Below, in pieces: positions 1 through 9,815 of a stretch of DNA of 64,000 nucleotides. The number at the start of each line of letters is the position of its first letter. Position 1 is the first letter of the stretch. Both the position numbers and the translations under genes were made by a program. Origin of the DNA: a virus (lineage: Duplodnaviria > Caudoviricetes); the IMG/VR virus record IMGVR_UViG_3300021256_000072, positions 1 through 64,000 of that record, one strand, 5' to 3'. Under the pieces are notes generated by a model. It had not been told where the DNA came from, did no database searches, and saw nothing but the letters and a program-made list of their open reading frames with translations.

Positions 1-15
1 TTTAATAATTTTATT

Positions 16-783
16 ATGACAGAAAAAGAAGCAGAGGATTTATGTAAAATGGTAAGAATAGGAGTAGATTTAAGTAAGCCTAAATATAATAAATATAATT
101 ATCATCCAAAAACAGATACTGAGTTAAGGTATATAGTTGTGAAGCTAATTGAAGAAAGGGGAAATGAGGCAGATTTGAATGATGTTGATGTTTTCCGAAT
201 TACGAATATGAGCCATTTGTTTGCTTGGTCTGAATTTAATGGGGATATTTCAGAATGGAATGTTAGTAAGGTGAAAAATATGGAGGGAATATTTAATGGA
301 TCTAAATTCAATGGTGATATATCTAAATGGGATGTTAGGAGAGTTGAGGACATGAGTTGGATGTTTACTAATTCTCAATTCAACGGTGATATTTCTAGCT
401 GGGATGTTAGGAAGGTGAAGAGGATGAGTGGAATGTTTTGGTGTTCTAAATTTAATGGGGATATTTCAAAATGGGACGTTAGTAAAGTTGAGTGGATGGA
501 TATGATGTTTGCCTATTCTCAATTCAATGGGAATATCTCGAATTGGGATGTTAGTAAGGTGGAGAGTATGAATATGATGTTCGCTTATTCTCAATTTAAT
601 GAAGATATTTCTAGTTGGGATGTTAGGAGAGTGAAGAATATGAGGCATATGTTTGAAGGTTCTCAATTTAGTGGGAATATTTCAAATTGGAATGTTGATA
701 ATGTGAAGTATATGGAAGATATGTTTAAAGGCTCTACTAATAATAGTAATATTCCTAAATGGTGGAGTGCTGCTAGTAAGTGA
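16..783 (+). CDS. DUF285/BspA-type repeat protein (8 repeat units)
   Basis: 24-aa repeats FNGDISxWDVSxVxxMxxMFxxS, N-cap YHPKT..EL..LIEERGNEADLNDVDV and MTEKEAEDLC leader; divergent C-terminus. Confidence 0.9.
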   Translation: MTEKEAEDLCKMVRIGVDLSKPKYNKYNYHPKTDTELRYIVVKLIEERGNEADLNDVDVFRITNMSHLFAWSEFNGDISEWNVSKVKNMEGIFNGSKFNGDISKWDVRRVEDMSWMFTNSQFNGDISSWDVRKVKRMSGMFWCSKFNGDISKWDVSKVEWMDMMFAYSQFNGNISNWDVSKVESMNMMFAYSQFNEDISSWDVRRVKNMRHMFEGSQFSGNISNWNVDNVKYMEDMFKGSTNNSNIPKWWSAASK

Positions 784-850
784 GAGAAGTGGCATAAAAT
801 ATTACTTCACTTAAAATTCTTGTAATTTTCTGTCTATTAGCGTTTGACTC

Positions 851-860
851 CTTATATTTG
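851..860 (+). promoter_or_regulatory. Putative promoter CTTATATTTG
   Basis: Matches the recurring CTTAWWWWTG motif and the Bacteroidota -7 box TAnnTTTG; 30 nt before ATG 891. Confidence 0.55.
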
Positions 861-890
861 TAGAAATTGTAATAAAAATTCTTATAAAAG

Positions 891-1505
891 ATGGCAGAGT
901 CTCTTAAACAGTACGTAGATTATTTGTTAGAAAACAAAATTGATGAAGTTACAGGATCTAAGTTGATAAATGACTGTAAAGATCTTAGTTCCTTTGATAA
1001 AAAATTAATTTATGCTTACGTATATCCCAGACTATTGAGAGATGGTGAGCTTCCTTCTAGAGTACAAAACTTTAGAAAAGAGAATAATCTTCCTTTAGTT
1101 GGACAATTGCAGGCATCTGAAGAATCTATTTTGTTAGTCGAGGCCGAAAGAACTGGGCAATATTGTAAATTCATTCATCACCTAGTCTACTCATTCTCTA
1201 ATCCAAAGAATATATTTCCAGTAGAGGGAAGCGAGAAATCATCTTGCCCTATTTGTGGAAAAATCCTATATGAGAAAGATTTGTGGGATGAATTAATTAA
1301 GCAGAATCCAAACTCTCCTGAAGTAAATAGAAGAGAGTATTTAGCATTTGGAAGCCCTAATTCTAGTGTTTCTCTTTGTGCAGACTGTTTAGCACAATTA
1401 ATTTATGCCGATGAATTATTAGAAAGCATCAATCCGGATTATTTGTATTATAGAAAACGAAGTAATAACAATAATCAGGTTGTGTGGAACGAATTAAAAC
1501 TTTAA
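891..1505 (+). CDS. Hypothetical protein with CxxC...CxxC putative zinc finger
   Basis: CPICG and CADC motifs. Confidence 0.7.
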   Translation: MAESLKQYVDYLLENKIDEVTGSKLINDCKDLSSFDKKLIYAYVYPRLLRDGELPSRVQNFRKENNLPLVGQLQASEESILLVEAERTGQYCKFIHHLVYSFSNPKNIFPVEGSEKSSCPICGKILYEKDLWDELIKQNPNSPEVNRREYLAFGSPNSSVSLCADCLAQLIYADELLESINPDYLYYRKRSNNNNQVVWNELKL

Positions 1506-1518
1506 TATTAATATTAAT

Positions 1519-2037
1519 ATGATCTATCAAACCGAGACAGGCGGAACCGTAACCGCTATTGAAACTAATACATTAAATGAAAGTAATCTTGGAACTGATG
1601 TTTTAACTCAGTGTCCTATTCATCATCAGGAGATTAAAGTTGAAGATAAGAAAATTTATGATGATGTTGAACACGAACCTACAGCCTTTACTTTAGATGT
1701 AGAGGAGCTTACTATTGTAGTTGGTGATTCACATAAATTTATTATAACTCAGCAGGATCTTACTAAGAATCTTCCAGTACTTGTTTGGGAGTGTACTAAG
1801 GATACTGACGCTGAGACTGGTAAAAGTTTCGATGTTTGCTTTGTAAATAATAATATTTTAAGAGCTATGAATATCGGAACTTCTACTGTAACCGCTTATG
1901 ATGTTACTGATCCAGAAAATCTTAAAACTGCTACCGTTACTGTTACTGTAGTAGATCGACTCCCAGAAGCAGAAGTAGAGGAAGGGAATGATTTAGAGGG
2001 CGGTGACAACGGTAACGACAACGGTAGTAACAGCTAA
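1519..2037 (+). CDS. Ig-like (Big_2-type) domain protein with acidic tail
   Basis: FTLDVEELTIVVGDS...VW...LRAMNIGTSTVTA...ATVTVTV pattern. Confidence 0.6.
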   Translation: MIYQTETGGTVTAIETNTLNESNLGTDVLTQCPIHHQEIKVEDKKIYDDVEHEPTAFTLDVEELTIVVGDSHKFIITQQDLTKNLPVLVWECTKDTDAETGKSFDVCFVNNNILRAMNIGTSTVTAYDVTDPENLKTATVTVTVVDRLPEAEVEEGNDLEGGDNGNDNGSNS

Positions 2038-2047
2038 TAAATAAAGA

Positions 2048-2094
2048 ATTAAAGAGTTATATATAAGACAATTATTATAGCTCTTTAATTTTTT
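2048..2094 (+). terminator. AT-rich hairpin with T tract
   Basis: aattaaagagttata...tatagctctttaatt followed by T run after the 2037 stop. Confidence 0.5.
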
Positions 2095-2188
2095 AAGTGT
2101 AATAAGTGAAAATAATTCCGTGCTCTCATTCAGGCTGGATTACTTATAAATGTATAGTATAAATTGTAAAACTTAATTTTATCATTTA

Positions 2189-2800
2189 ATGAGAGTAATT
2201 ATTAAGCTATCATCAACTATGCCATTAGCAGTTTCGATGAATGTTAAGTCGAATTTGATGAAAAAATATTCTAAAAATTTTAAAGGAGTAATGTTAAATT
2301 ATTTTCCTGATTGTAAAATTGATCAGTCTGAGGAAGATTCGGTTGACGTTTATTATCAACTATCTGGCTCTGATGGTTTTTCTGTAGATAGCCAAGGTTG
2401 TGACGAATTTCCTAGCAATCTTCAGAATAAATTTGAACTTATGAATGATGTTATTAATAAGTTCACGGAGTTGGCTATTAAGGAAGAGGTAAAAACTACT
2501 GAATTTATTCCGCTTAATGGATATTCATTTGATTCTTTGAAAGAGGAGGTCGTTAAAGCTGTACAAGGTCATAGAGATTTGTTACTCATTGATGATTACA
2601 GTGAGTATAAGAGACAGTTTTGTAATCCTAATGAAAAGCCCGACTCTTCTAAAAAATCTAACGGAATTTTCTTTAATCAGTATAGAATAGAATACGGAAC
2701 ACGTGAGTATATAGATGCTGTTATTATGCTATGGAAAAAAGATTCAGCCAAACTCAGAAGCATGTATAATGGAAAACTAGAGTACACTGAATGGTATTGA
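2189..2800 (+). CDS. Hypothetical protein
   Basis: 203-aa ORF, preceded by CTTATAAATG (2143-2152). Confidence 0.7.
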   Translation: MRVIIKLSSTMPLAVSMNVKSNLMKKYSKNFKGVMLNYFPDCKIDQSEEDSVDVYYQLSGSDGFSVDSQGCDEFPSNLQNKFELMNDVINKFTELAIKEEVKTTEFIPLNGYSFDSLKEEVVKAVQGHRDLLLIDDYSEYKRQFCNPNEKPDSSKKSNGIFFNQYRIEYGTREYIDAVIMLWKKDSAKLRSMYNGKLEYTEWY

Positions 2801-2887
2801 TAAAATATTAAAATAAAATATAAAATAGACAAAAATAGTGAGAAATCCTCTTTTGTCTATTTTATTTTTAATAATTTAACTTAAAAT

Positions 2888-3463
2888 ATGCAACAACTTA
2901 GCGATAGAGTAGTAGTAATTTATCCAGGCGATGAAGTTCCTCAATTAACTGGAGATGCTATTAAATTATATCTTGGAGGAACTATGGATTTCGCTAGTTC
3001 AGCAAATGATTGGCAGTCAAAATTTTGTCAAGCACTTGTTGAATTAACCAATCCATTTAAAGGACTATTAATGTACAAGAATACTAATTGGTTGATTTTT
3101 AATCCCCATGTACTTCCTAGAACTTCAAATCCACCAGATCTACAAAACCCAGAATTTGTTCAAACTATGCAATGGAGAATGAATGGTCAAGATATGGCAG
3201 ATATTATCTTTTTGAATATCTTGAATAAATCTGTATCTCAGTCTCCTATTTTAGAGTTTGGAAGTAATCTACAATCTAAGAAATTAATTGTAAGATGCGG
3301 AGATGTTCATCCAATGTATAGTCAAATCAGGTTATATTGTGAAAAATATAACGTTCCATTACTTACTGGGAAAACTAGTGTAAAGGATGTTCTTTTAAGT
3401 GCTGGAGGATTCTTACAAAAATTTCAGGAGACTCAAATTACTAATCAGAGTTTGCCTTTATAA
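2888..3463 (+). CDS. Nucleoside 2-deoxyribosyltransferase-like protein
   Basis: LYLGGT...DWQ...IFNP...ADIIFL...SPILEFG...KLIVRC pattern typical of the Nuc_deoxyri_tr2-like fold. Confidence 0.6.
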   Translation: MQQLSDRVVVIYPGDEVPQLTGDAIKLYLGGTMDFASSANDWQSKFCQALVELTNPFKGLLMYKNTNWLIFNPHVLPRTSNPPDLQNPEFVQTMQWRMNGQDMADIIFLNILNKSVSQSPILEFGSNLQSKKLIVRCGDVHPMYSQIRLYCEKYNVPLLTGKTSVKDVLLSAGGFLQKFQETQITNQSLPL

Positions 3464-3483
3464 GAGATATTAAATAGAAAATT

Positions 3484-4047
3484 ATGAAAAGAAGAATAAT
3501 AATTAAAGCGGATTCTGCATCTGCAAGTCAAATATTAGAAAGTTTAGGACAGAATGAAGTTGAGTTTTCAGTTGATTTAGAAGATTGTGGGGCTACTTAC
3601 AAAAAACTATCAACTATTGACGGAATTTTAGATTGGGAGTTTGAAGATGAAAGAACTGAAAATAGTGAAAGCGAAGAAGAGTATATTGAAGCAGAAAGTA
3701 ATGGTAGTGGCGATGGTATAAGCGGTGAATGCTCTCGTAATAATGCTGCTATATTATTTCAAGCTCTTTTTGCATTAAAGTTAAATTACCCAACCAAATC
3801 ATTCGACTCATTAACGGAACATGATTTAAAAGAACAAGTTGATCATATTCTTTGTCAACCAGCGAGTATTAATCTTCTAATCATTAAAGAGGCTCTGGAA
3901 AAAGAATATTCAAGTGCAGAAGAGGCAAAAGAGAAAGTGGTTGAGATCTATAAAACACAATGGGACAATATTTTAAGCTATGGTACTAGTTTGGGTTTTC
4001 TAGCATTTCTTTGTAACAAAAAGAAGAAAGCTAACGATAATAAATAA
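3484..4047 (+). CDS. Hypothetical protein
   Basis: 187-aa ORF with acidic central linker. Confidence 0.7.
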   Translation: MKRRIIIKADSASASQILESLGQNEVEFSVDLEDCGATYKKLSTIDGILDWEFEDERTENSESEEEYIEAESNGSGDGISGECSRNNAAILFQALFALKLNYPTKSFDSLTEHDLKEQVDHILCQPASINLLIIKEALEKEYSSAEEAKEKVVEIYKTQWDNILSYGTSLGFLAFLCNKKKKANDNK

Positions 4048-4057
4048 GATATTGAGG

Positions 4058-4099
4058 TAAAAGAGAGGAGTCAAATTTCTCTCTTTTATTTTTTTTTTT
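4058..4099 (+). terminator. Intrinsic terminator-like hairpin
   Basis: taaaagagagga-gtcaaa-tttctctctttta followed by long T run. Confidence 0.6.
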
Positions 4100-4151
4100 A
4101 CTTGACAATAATGCCTTATATATGAAAATAATTAAGAAAAATTTATATATT

Positions 4152-5069
4152 ATGACAAAGTACAATTATCAACCAAAAACAAAAGAAGAATTAAAAAATC
4201 TTATTAAGAAGTTAATTAAAGAAAGGGGAAACGAAGCAGATTTGAATGATATAGACGTTTCTCTGATCACGGATATGAGTTGGTTATTTTATGACGTGCA
4301 GGGATTTAAAGGAGATATTTCTGACTTGGGTTCGTTATTATTTAGAGATATGGAATCGCCCAACTTAGGTGAATTCAATGGAAATATCTCTAAGTGGAAC
4401 GTATCTAATGTTAAGGATATGCGGGGTATGTTCAGTCATACTAAGTTCAAGGGGGATATATCTAAATGGGACGTATCTAAAGTTGAGAATATGAAATTTA
4501 TGTTCAGTCACTCTAGATTCAATGGTGACATTTCAAACTGGAATGTATCTAGAGTTGAGGATATGGAAGAGATGTTCAGTAACTCTAGGTTCAGTGGGGA
4601 TATCTCCAAATGGAACGTATCTAGAGTTAAGAGTATGGAGAATATGTTCTGTAATACTAAGTTCAACGGTGATTTATCCAAGTGGGATGTATCCAATGTT
4701 GAGAATATGAGAGGAATGTTTAGGGAATCCATGTTCAATGGAGATATCTCTAAGTGGAATGTATCTAAGGTTAAGATTATGGACAGTATGTTCTGTTATT
4801 CTAAATTTAATAGAGATATCTCAAAGTGGGATGTATCTAACGTTAAAGATATGAAATACATGTTCTTCCTATCTAAGTTTAACAGTGATATATCTAAATG
4901 GAATGTATCTAATGTTGAGGATATGAGTAGAATGTTTAAAGAATCTGAGTTTGAAGGATATATATCAAACTGGGATACACGCAACGTTAAGGATAAGACT
5001 GAAATGTTCTTCAAATCTCCATTAGAGCCTAAGAAGCCTAAGAAACCTATGATAGTCGTAATAATGTGA
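4152..5069 (+). CDS. Divergent DUF285/BspA-type repeat protein (about 9 units)
   Basis: Same repeats; start moved to ATG 4152 (MTKYNYQPK) because ATG 4122 lies inside the promoter motif CTTATATATG (4115-4124). Confidence 0.85.
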   Translation: MTKYNYQPKTKEELKNLIKKLIKERGNEADLNDIDVSLITDMSWLFYDVQGFKGDISDLGSLLFRDMESPNLGEFNGNISKWNVSNVKDMRGMFSHTKFKGDISKWDVSKVENMKFMFSHSRFNGDISNWNVSRVEDMEEMFSNSRFSGDISKWNVSRVKSMENMFCNTKFNGDLSKWDVSNVENMRGMFRESMFNGDISKWNVSKVKIMDSMFCYSKFNRDISKWDVSNVKDMKYMFFLSKFNSDISKWNVSNVEDMSRMFKESEFEGYISNWDTRNVKDKTEMFFKSPLEPKKPKKPMIVVIM

Positions 5070-5188
5070 AGCTCATTAGCATTAGAAAATTAAATAATAA
5101 TCAAGGGCCTTGTCAGTATCAGTAAATGACAACGAGGCGCAGTATGTTAGAACCATATGGTATTTCTTTAGGATAAAGCAGAATTAAG

Positions 5189-5233
5189 AAAAATAAAAGA
5201 GAGAAAATTTAACTCCTCTCTTTTATTTTTTTT
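5189..5233. terminator. Bidirectional terminator between convergent genes
   Basis: aaaataaaagagag...ctctcttttatttttt. Confidence 0.6.
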
Positions 5234-5451
5234 TATTTTAAATCATCAATAATTTTTCCTGCATTACAAAATTTAGATCTCAGAATTTTTGTACCTCGTT
5301 TTCCTTTATAGATTATTAATTCGTAATCTTCTATATCTTTACTGATAAATCCTAAATTCAGAATTGTCATATTATCGAGTGTAGTTTTTTCACAATCACA
5401 ATCTAAGTCAGTATCATTAACAATTAGGGTTTTTACTATTCGTCTTTCCAT
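5233..5451 (-). CDS. Small hypothetical protein
   Basis: ORF; probable start MERRIVK at 5451 overlapping the upstream stop. Confidence 0.6.
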   Translation of the reverse strand: MERRIVKTLIVNDTDLDCDCEKTTLDNMTILNLGFISKDIEDYELIIYKGKRGTKILRSKFCNAGKIIDDLK

Positions 5452-6062
5452 ACTATTTCGCTTATGCAATTTTCACTTTCATCAAATCTCAGACCACTTC
5501 CTTCTAAAGGTTCTTTCTTTACAGTTCTTTCTTCTTCAATATAGATCTCATACGTAGCACACTTTCCTACCCATCCCATTCTCATATAATAATCTATAGA
5601 AGATGTGAGGATGGGTAAAAGCATTTTTTTAGCATTATTTCTAATATTGTTATAAAGTTTTTCTACTATTTTTTGTATTCTTTCTGCTCTGTTTTCTTTG
5701 TCCTCTTTTCGTAAAATATCTATCAATTTATGTAATAAAACTATGACAGCATCTGCTTTTGACAAATGCTTCGCACATAGTTTTTTAAAATCTTTAATTA
5801 ATAGTGGTTTAAATAGATATAGAATTTTTCCATAAATTTCAATGTTTTCTAATTTCACACTTTCATTAAATTTTTCTATATCCTCGGCCACTTCTCGTTC
5901 ATACGTTGGAATAATACCAAAATACCTATTCTCCTCTTTCATGAATTTCCATAACTCTAAGAATAGGTAACTGGTAATATCTAACACTCCTTCAAAGTAA
6001 ACTGACTTGTCCACTGTTTGTTTCTTATCGGCTCTTTTTGCTAAATAGTCTAATATATTCAT
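5436..6062 (-). CDS. Hypothetical protein
   Basis: 208-aa ORF; promoter-like ATTATATATG on - strand at about 6087-6096. Confidence 0.7.
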   Translation of the reverse strand: MNILDYLAKRADKKQTVDKSVYFEGVLDITSYLFLELWKFMKEENRYFGIIPTYEREVAEDIEKFNESVKLENIEIYGKILYLFKPLLIKDFKKLCAKHLSKADAVIVLLHKLIDILRKEDKENRAERIQKIVEKLYNNIRNNAKKMLLPILTSSIDYYMRMGWVGKCATYEIYIEEERTVKKEPLEGSGLRFDESENCISEIVWKDE

Positions 6063-6180
6063 AATATTTAATTTTTTTTATTCTTTCATATATAATGAAT
6101 TTAGTTAAAATTTAGTGAAATTTTTAGTAATATTAAACTCCTCTCAAAATCTTATTTATGAAACCTTTAATAATTTTATT

Positions 6181-6642
6181 ATGACAATTGAGGAAGCAGA
6201 GGAGTTGTGTAGGATGGTTAATACCTATCATCCAGAAACAAGAGAAGAATTAAGAGATCTTATTAAGGAACTAATTAAAGAAAGGGGAAATGAGGCAGAT
6301 TTGAATGATATAGACGTTTCTCGAATTACGGATATGGATTGGATGTTTTCTGATTCTAAATTTAATGGAGATATTTCAGAATGGAATGTTAGTAGGGTTG
6401 AGAGTATGGAAGGAATGTTTTATAATTCTCAATTTAATGGTGATATTTCAAATTGGGATATTAGTAGTGTGAAAAGATTGGATAATATGTTTAATGATTC
6501 TGAATTTAATGGTGATATCTCTAAATGGGATGTTAGTAATGTTGAGAGTATGAGTTTTATGTTTTATAGGTCTCAATTCAATGGAGATATCTCTAAATGG
6601 GCTAAGAAACCAAAGAAACCATTAGACTATTATGACAATTAA
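6181..6642 (+). CDS. DUF285/BspA-type repeat protein (4 units, shortened leader)
   Basis: ATG 6181 follows the conserved aaacctttaataattttatt leader; GTG 6115 lies upstream of the promoter motif. Confidence 0.85.
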   Translation: MTIEEAEELCRMVNTYHPETREELRDLIKELIKERGNEADLNDIDVSRITDMDWMFSDSKFNGDISEWNVSRVESMEGMFYNSQFNGDISNWDISSVKRLDNMFNDSEFNGDISKWDVSNVESMSFMFYRSQFNGDISKWAKKPKKPLDYYDN

Positions 6643-7187
6643 GAAAGCTGAAGATTTATGTAGGTAGGATGATAAGAATAGGAGTAGATTTAAGTAGGAC
6701 TAAGTACAATTATCATCCAAAAACAAAAGAGGAGTTAATAGATCTCATTAAGGAACTGATTGGAATAAGGGGAAATGAAGCGGATTTGAATGATATAGAC
6801 GTTTCTCAAATTACGAGCATGAGTTGGTTATTTGTTCATTCTGAATTTAATGGAGATATTTCAAAATGGGATGTTGGGAAGGTTGAGAATATGGAAGGAA
6901 TGTTTCGGTGTTCTCAATTTAATGGTGATATTTCAAAATGGAATGTTAGTAAGGTGAAGTATATGGTGGACATGTTTGCTTATTCCAAATTTAACAAAGA
7001 TATTTCAAAGTGGGATGTTAGTGGAGTGAAGGATATGGAAGTGATGTTTAGAAATTCTCAATTTAACGGTGATATTTCAAAATGGGATGTTAGTAATGTT
7101 GAGGATATGGGTTGGATGTTTCTGGGATCTCAATTCAATGGGGATATCTCAAAATGGGCTAAGAAACCAACAGGCTATTACTATTAA
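6632..7187 (+). CDS. DUF285/BspA-type repeat protein (5 units) with frameshifted leader; intact ORF from 6669
   Basis: ATG 6632 gives MTIKKAEDLCR then TAG because of a TAGG duplication at 6661-6668; the rest is open from ATG 6669. Confidence 0.8.
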
Positions 7188-7207
7188 AAACCTTTAATAA
7201 TTTTATT

Positions 7208-7759
7208 ATGACAGAAAAAGAAGCTGAAGATCTATGTAGGATGGTAAGAATAGGAGTAGATTTGAGTAGGCCTAAGTATAATTATCATCCAAAAACAAAA
7301 GAGGAGTTAATGGTTATTGTTAATGAACTAATTAAAGAAAGGGGAAATGAGGCGGATTTGAATGATGTTGATGTTTCCCAAATTACGGATATGAAGTGGA
7401 TATTTGCTCATTCTGAATTTAATGGAAATATTTCAAAATGGGATGTTAGTAAGGTGAAAAATATGAAAGGGATGTTTTGGGGATCTAAATTTAATGGGAA
7501 TATCTCAAAATGGGATGTTAGTGGAGTTGAGGATATGCAAAGTATGTTCGCTCATTCCGAATTTAATGGCGATATTTCTAATTGGGATGTTAGTGGAGTT
7601 GAGGATATGAGTTGGATGTTTGCTTCTTCTGGATTTAACGGGGATATTCCAAATTGGAATGTTAGTGGAGTTGAGGATATGAAAGAGGTGTTTACTTTTT
7701 CTCGATTCAACGGAGATATTTCAAAATGGGCTAAGAAACCAACGGGCTATTACTATTAA
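7208..7759 (+). CDS. DUF285/BspA-type repeat protein (5 units)
   Basis: Leader, N-cap, repeats, KWAKKP end. Confidence 0.9.
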   Translation: MTEKEAEDLCRMVRIGVDLSRPKYNYHPKTKEELMVIVNELIKERGNEADLNDVDVSQITDMKWIFAHSEFNGNISKWDVSKVKNMKGMFWGSKFNGNISKWDVSGVEDMQSMFAHSEFNGDISNWDVSGVEDMSWMFASSGFNGDIPNWNVSGVEDMKEVFTFSRFNGDISKWAKKPTGYYY

Positions 7760-7778
7760 AACCTTTAATAATTTTATT

Positions 7779-8243
7779 ATGACAGAAAAAGAAGCCAAAG
7801 ATTTGTGTAAGATGATAAGATTGGGAGTAGATCTAAGTAGGAAATATCATCCAAAAACAACAAAAGAATTAAGAGATCTTATTAAGGAACTAATTGAAGA
7901 AAGGGGAAATGAAGCGGATTTGAATGATATAGACGTTTCCCAAATTACGGATATGAGTTGGGTGTTTGCTCATTCCGAATTTAATGGAAATATTTCTAAT
8001 TGGGATGTTAGTAAGGTGAAAAATATGAAAGGGATGTTTTGGGGTTCTGAATTTAACGGAGATATTTCAAACTGGGATGTTAGTGGAGTTGAGAATATGG
8101 GTGGAATGTTTTGTTGTTCTCAATTTAATGGAGATATTTCTAATTGGAACGTTAGTAAGGTAAAAAATATGAATCTTATGTTTTCTTGCTCTGGATTTAA
8201 TGGAGACATTTCTAATTGGGCTAAGAAACCAACTTTATTTTAA
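7779..8243 (+). CDS. DUF285/BspA-type repeat protein (4 units)
   Basis: Leader, N-cap, repeats; shares FAHSEFNGNISxWDVSKVKNMKGMFWGS with 7208..7759. Confidence 0.9.
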   Translation: MTEKEAKDLCKMIRLGVDLSRKYHPKTTKELRDLIKELIEERGNEADLNDIDVSQITDMSWVFAHSEFNGNISNWDVSKVKNMKGMFWGSEFNGDISNWDVSGVENMGGMFCCSQFNGDISNWNVSKVKNMNLMFSCSGFNGDISNWAKKPTLF

Positions 8244-8305
8244 AAGAAAAGACCTAGATAATTTTAGTCTAGGTTTTTATTTTCTCCTCAAAATCTTATT
8301 ATTGA
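8244..8305 (+). repeat. Cassette spacer: hairpin plus promoter motif
   Basis: gacctagat...gtctaggttttt then ctcctcaaaatcttattattg. Confidence 0.8.
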
Positions 8306-8368
8306 GAATAATTTATAAAAAATAATAAATGAAAAAAGTTAAATATAATATAAATAAATATAAGTTAA

Positions 8369-9016
8369 ATGGAAAAAGAAATAAGAAGAGTGCCTTTTGA
8401 TATTGAAAAGGCAAAAGCAGGTGCTAAAGTCGTTACTGGATATGGTTATCCTGTAAGAGTATGTCTTTTTGATTTAAAAAACAAATATACTCCAATTGTC
8501 GCTGCTGTAGAAATACACGGAGTAGAAACTCCATTTACATTTACAAAAGAAGGAAGACTTTTAGTTGACACAGGAGTTGATGATAATCTTGGCCTTTTTA
8601 TCGAGGAAGAGGTTGTCCATCCTAAGTTCAAAGTAGACGACGTGATGAGATTATTGGTTGAAGCAGAAGATGACATTACAGAAGGCTTGCCAGTAGTTGT
8701 GTCTATTGATGATAAATATTATCACTGCAATAATGAAACAATTGCAATTAAAGATCAGGATGATTATGAGTTTCCACCAATGAATGCGAAGCAGAAATCT
8801 TCTAATGAAGTAAAACCTAATAGTAGGCTCATGACCCTCCAGGAGCTTTCTGATTGGCTTAGGGACAGTCCCGAAGAACACCGGGAATATAAGTATGTGG
8901 ATAGTAGTACAGTTCGAAATAGTTATGCTTACCGTGAAGAAGACACAAGTAAGCTGGCCGATGATATATTGGTCAGACGAAATCACGGGGAATGGGAGGA
9001 GCCGTTAATTAAATAA
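8369..9016 (+). CDS. Modular phage hypothetical protein (paralog of 10577..11830)
   Basis: Shared N-terminal VPFDIEKAKAGAKVVT and C-terminal QELSxWLRDxPEEHREY...GEWEEPLI modules. Confidence 0.75.
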   Translation: MEKEIRRVPFDIEKAKAGAKVVTGYGYPVRVCLFDLKNKYTPIVAAVEIHGVETPFTFTKEGRLLVDTGVDDNLGLFIEEEVVHPKFKVDDVMRLLVEAEDDITEGLPVVVSIDDKYYHCNNETIAIKDQDDYEFPPMNAKQKSSNEVKPNSRLMTLQELSDWLRDSPEEHREYKYVDSSTVRNSYAYREEDTSKLADDILVRRNHGEWEEPLIK

Positions 9017-9135
9017 ACTGAACTTTTAAGTGATTGTCGACCGGATTGTAGATTATACGCAAAAGATTGATGAACGATTTCTATTAATATACGATAAAAA
9101 TAATTAATTGTAAAATATAAATAAATCAAGAAATT

Positions 9136-9786
9136 ATGGGATGTGATATTCATTTAGTAGTAGAAAAGAGAAGACAAAAACCGAAATTAGTGGTTACTAA
9201 AAGAGACGATCAAAAAGTTGTTACAGAAATACCACCAAAAGACAATGGATGGGAACATTGCGAAATCACGCCTTTAGGATTAGGAGAATGGGGTGACAGG
9301 GTTTATGGAATGTTCGCTAAACTAGCAAACGTCAGAAACCAATGGGGCTTTGAACCTATTGAACTTCGAGGGTTTCCAGAAGATGCTAGCTATGACACTT
9401 TACAGAAGTACGCATACCTTGTTATTCCTGATGAGAAATTTGAGGAATGGTTTCCTGAGGATAAGGCAGAAATGATTCACTACAGCGATTATTCTGGAAC
9501 TTACATTAGTGAGTCTAAGGCTCAATATTATATCAATACATATGGCGCAAAGATACTTAAAGGAGGGCATAATAATAAAGCTGAGTTTGTCACAGAACCA
9601 GAAAATCATAGCGCAAACTGGTGTACTCTCTCCGAGCTAGAGAAATGCGTTAATGAGATATTCTTTGATGAAGAGATCAAAAAATATACAGGTGATGGTG
9701 GTGAATGGATAGCCCTTGTTTACTACATGAAAGGGTTAGAAGTTGCAGGTTATGAGACTCGTTGTGTGTTCTGGTTTGATAACTAA
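9136..9786 (+). CDS. Phage hypothetical protein (MGCDIH...VFWFDN type)
   Basis: Characteristic termini and RGFPEDAS motif. Confidence 0.75.
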   Translation: MGCDIHLVVEKRRQKPKLVVTKRDDQKVVTEIPPKDNGWEHCEITPLGLGEWGDRVYGMFAKLANVRNQWGFEPIELRGFPEDASYDTLQKYAYLVIPDEKFEEWFPEDKAEMIHYSDYSGTYISESKAQYYINTYGAKILKGGHNNKAEFVTEPENHSANWCTLSELEKCVNEIFFDEEIKKYTGDGGEWIALVYYMKGLEVAGYETRCVFWFDN

Positions 9787-9815
9787 CAAAAGTAGTATAA
9801 AAAGGAGAAAGAAAA

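Noticed and set aside
6115-6180. GTG-initiated N-terminal extension of the DUF285 gene
   Set aside because: It spans the conserved promoter/leader; the paralogs start at the ATG equivalent to 6181.
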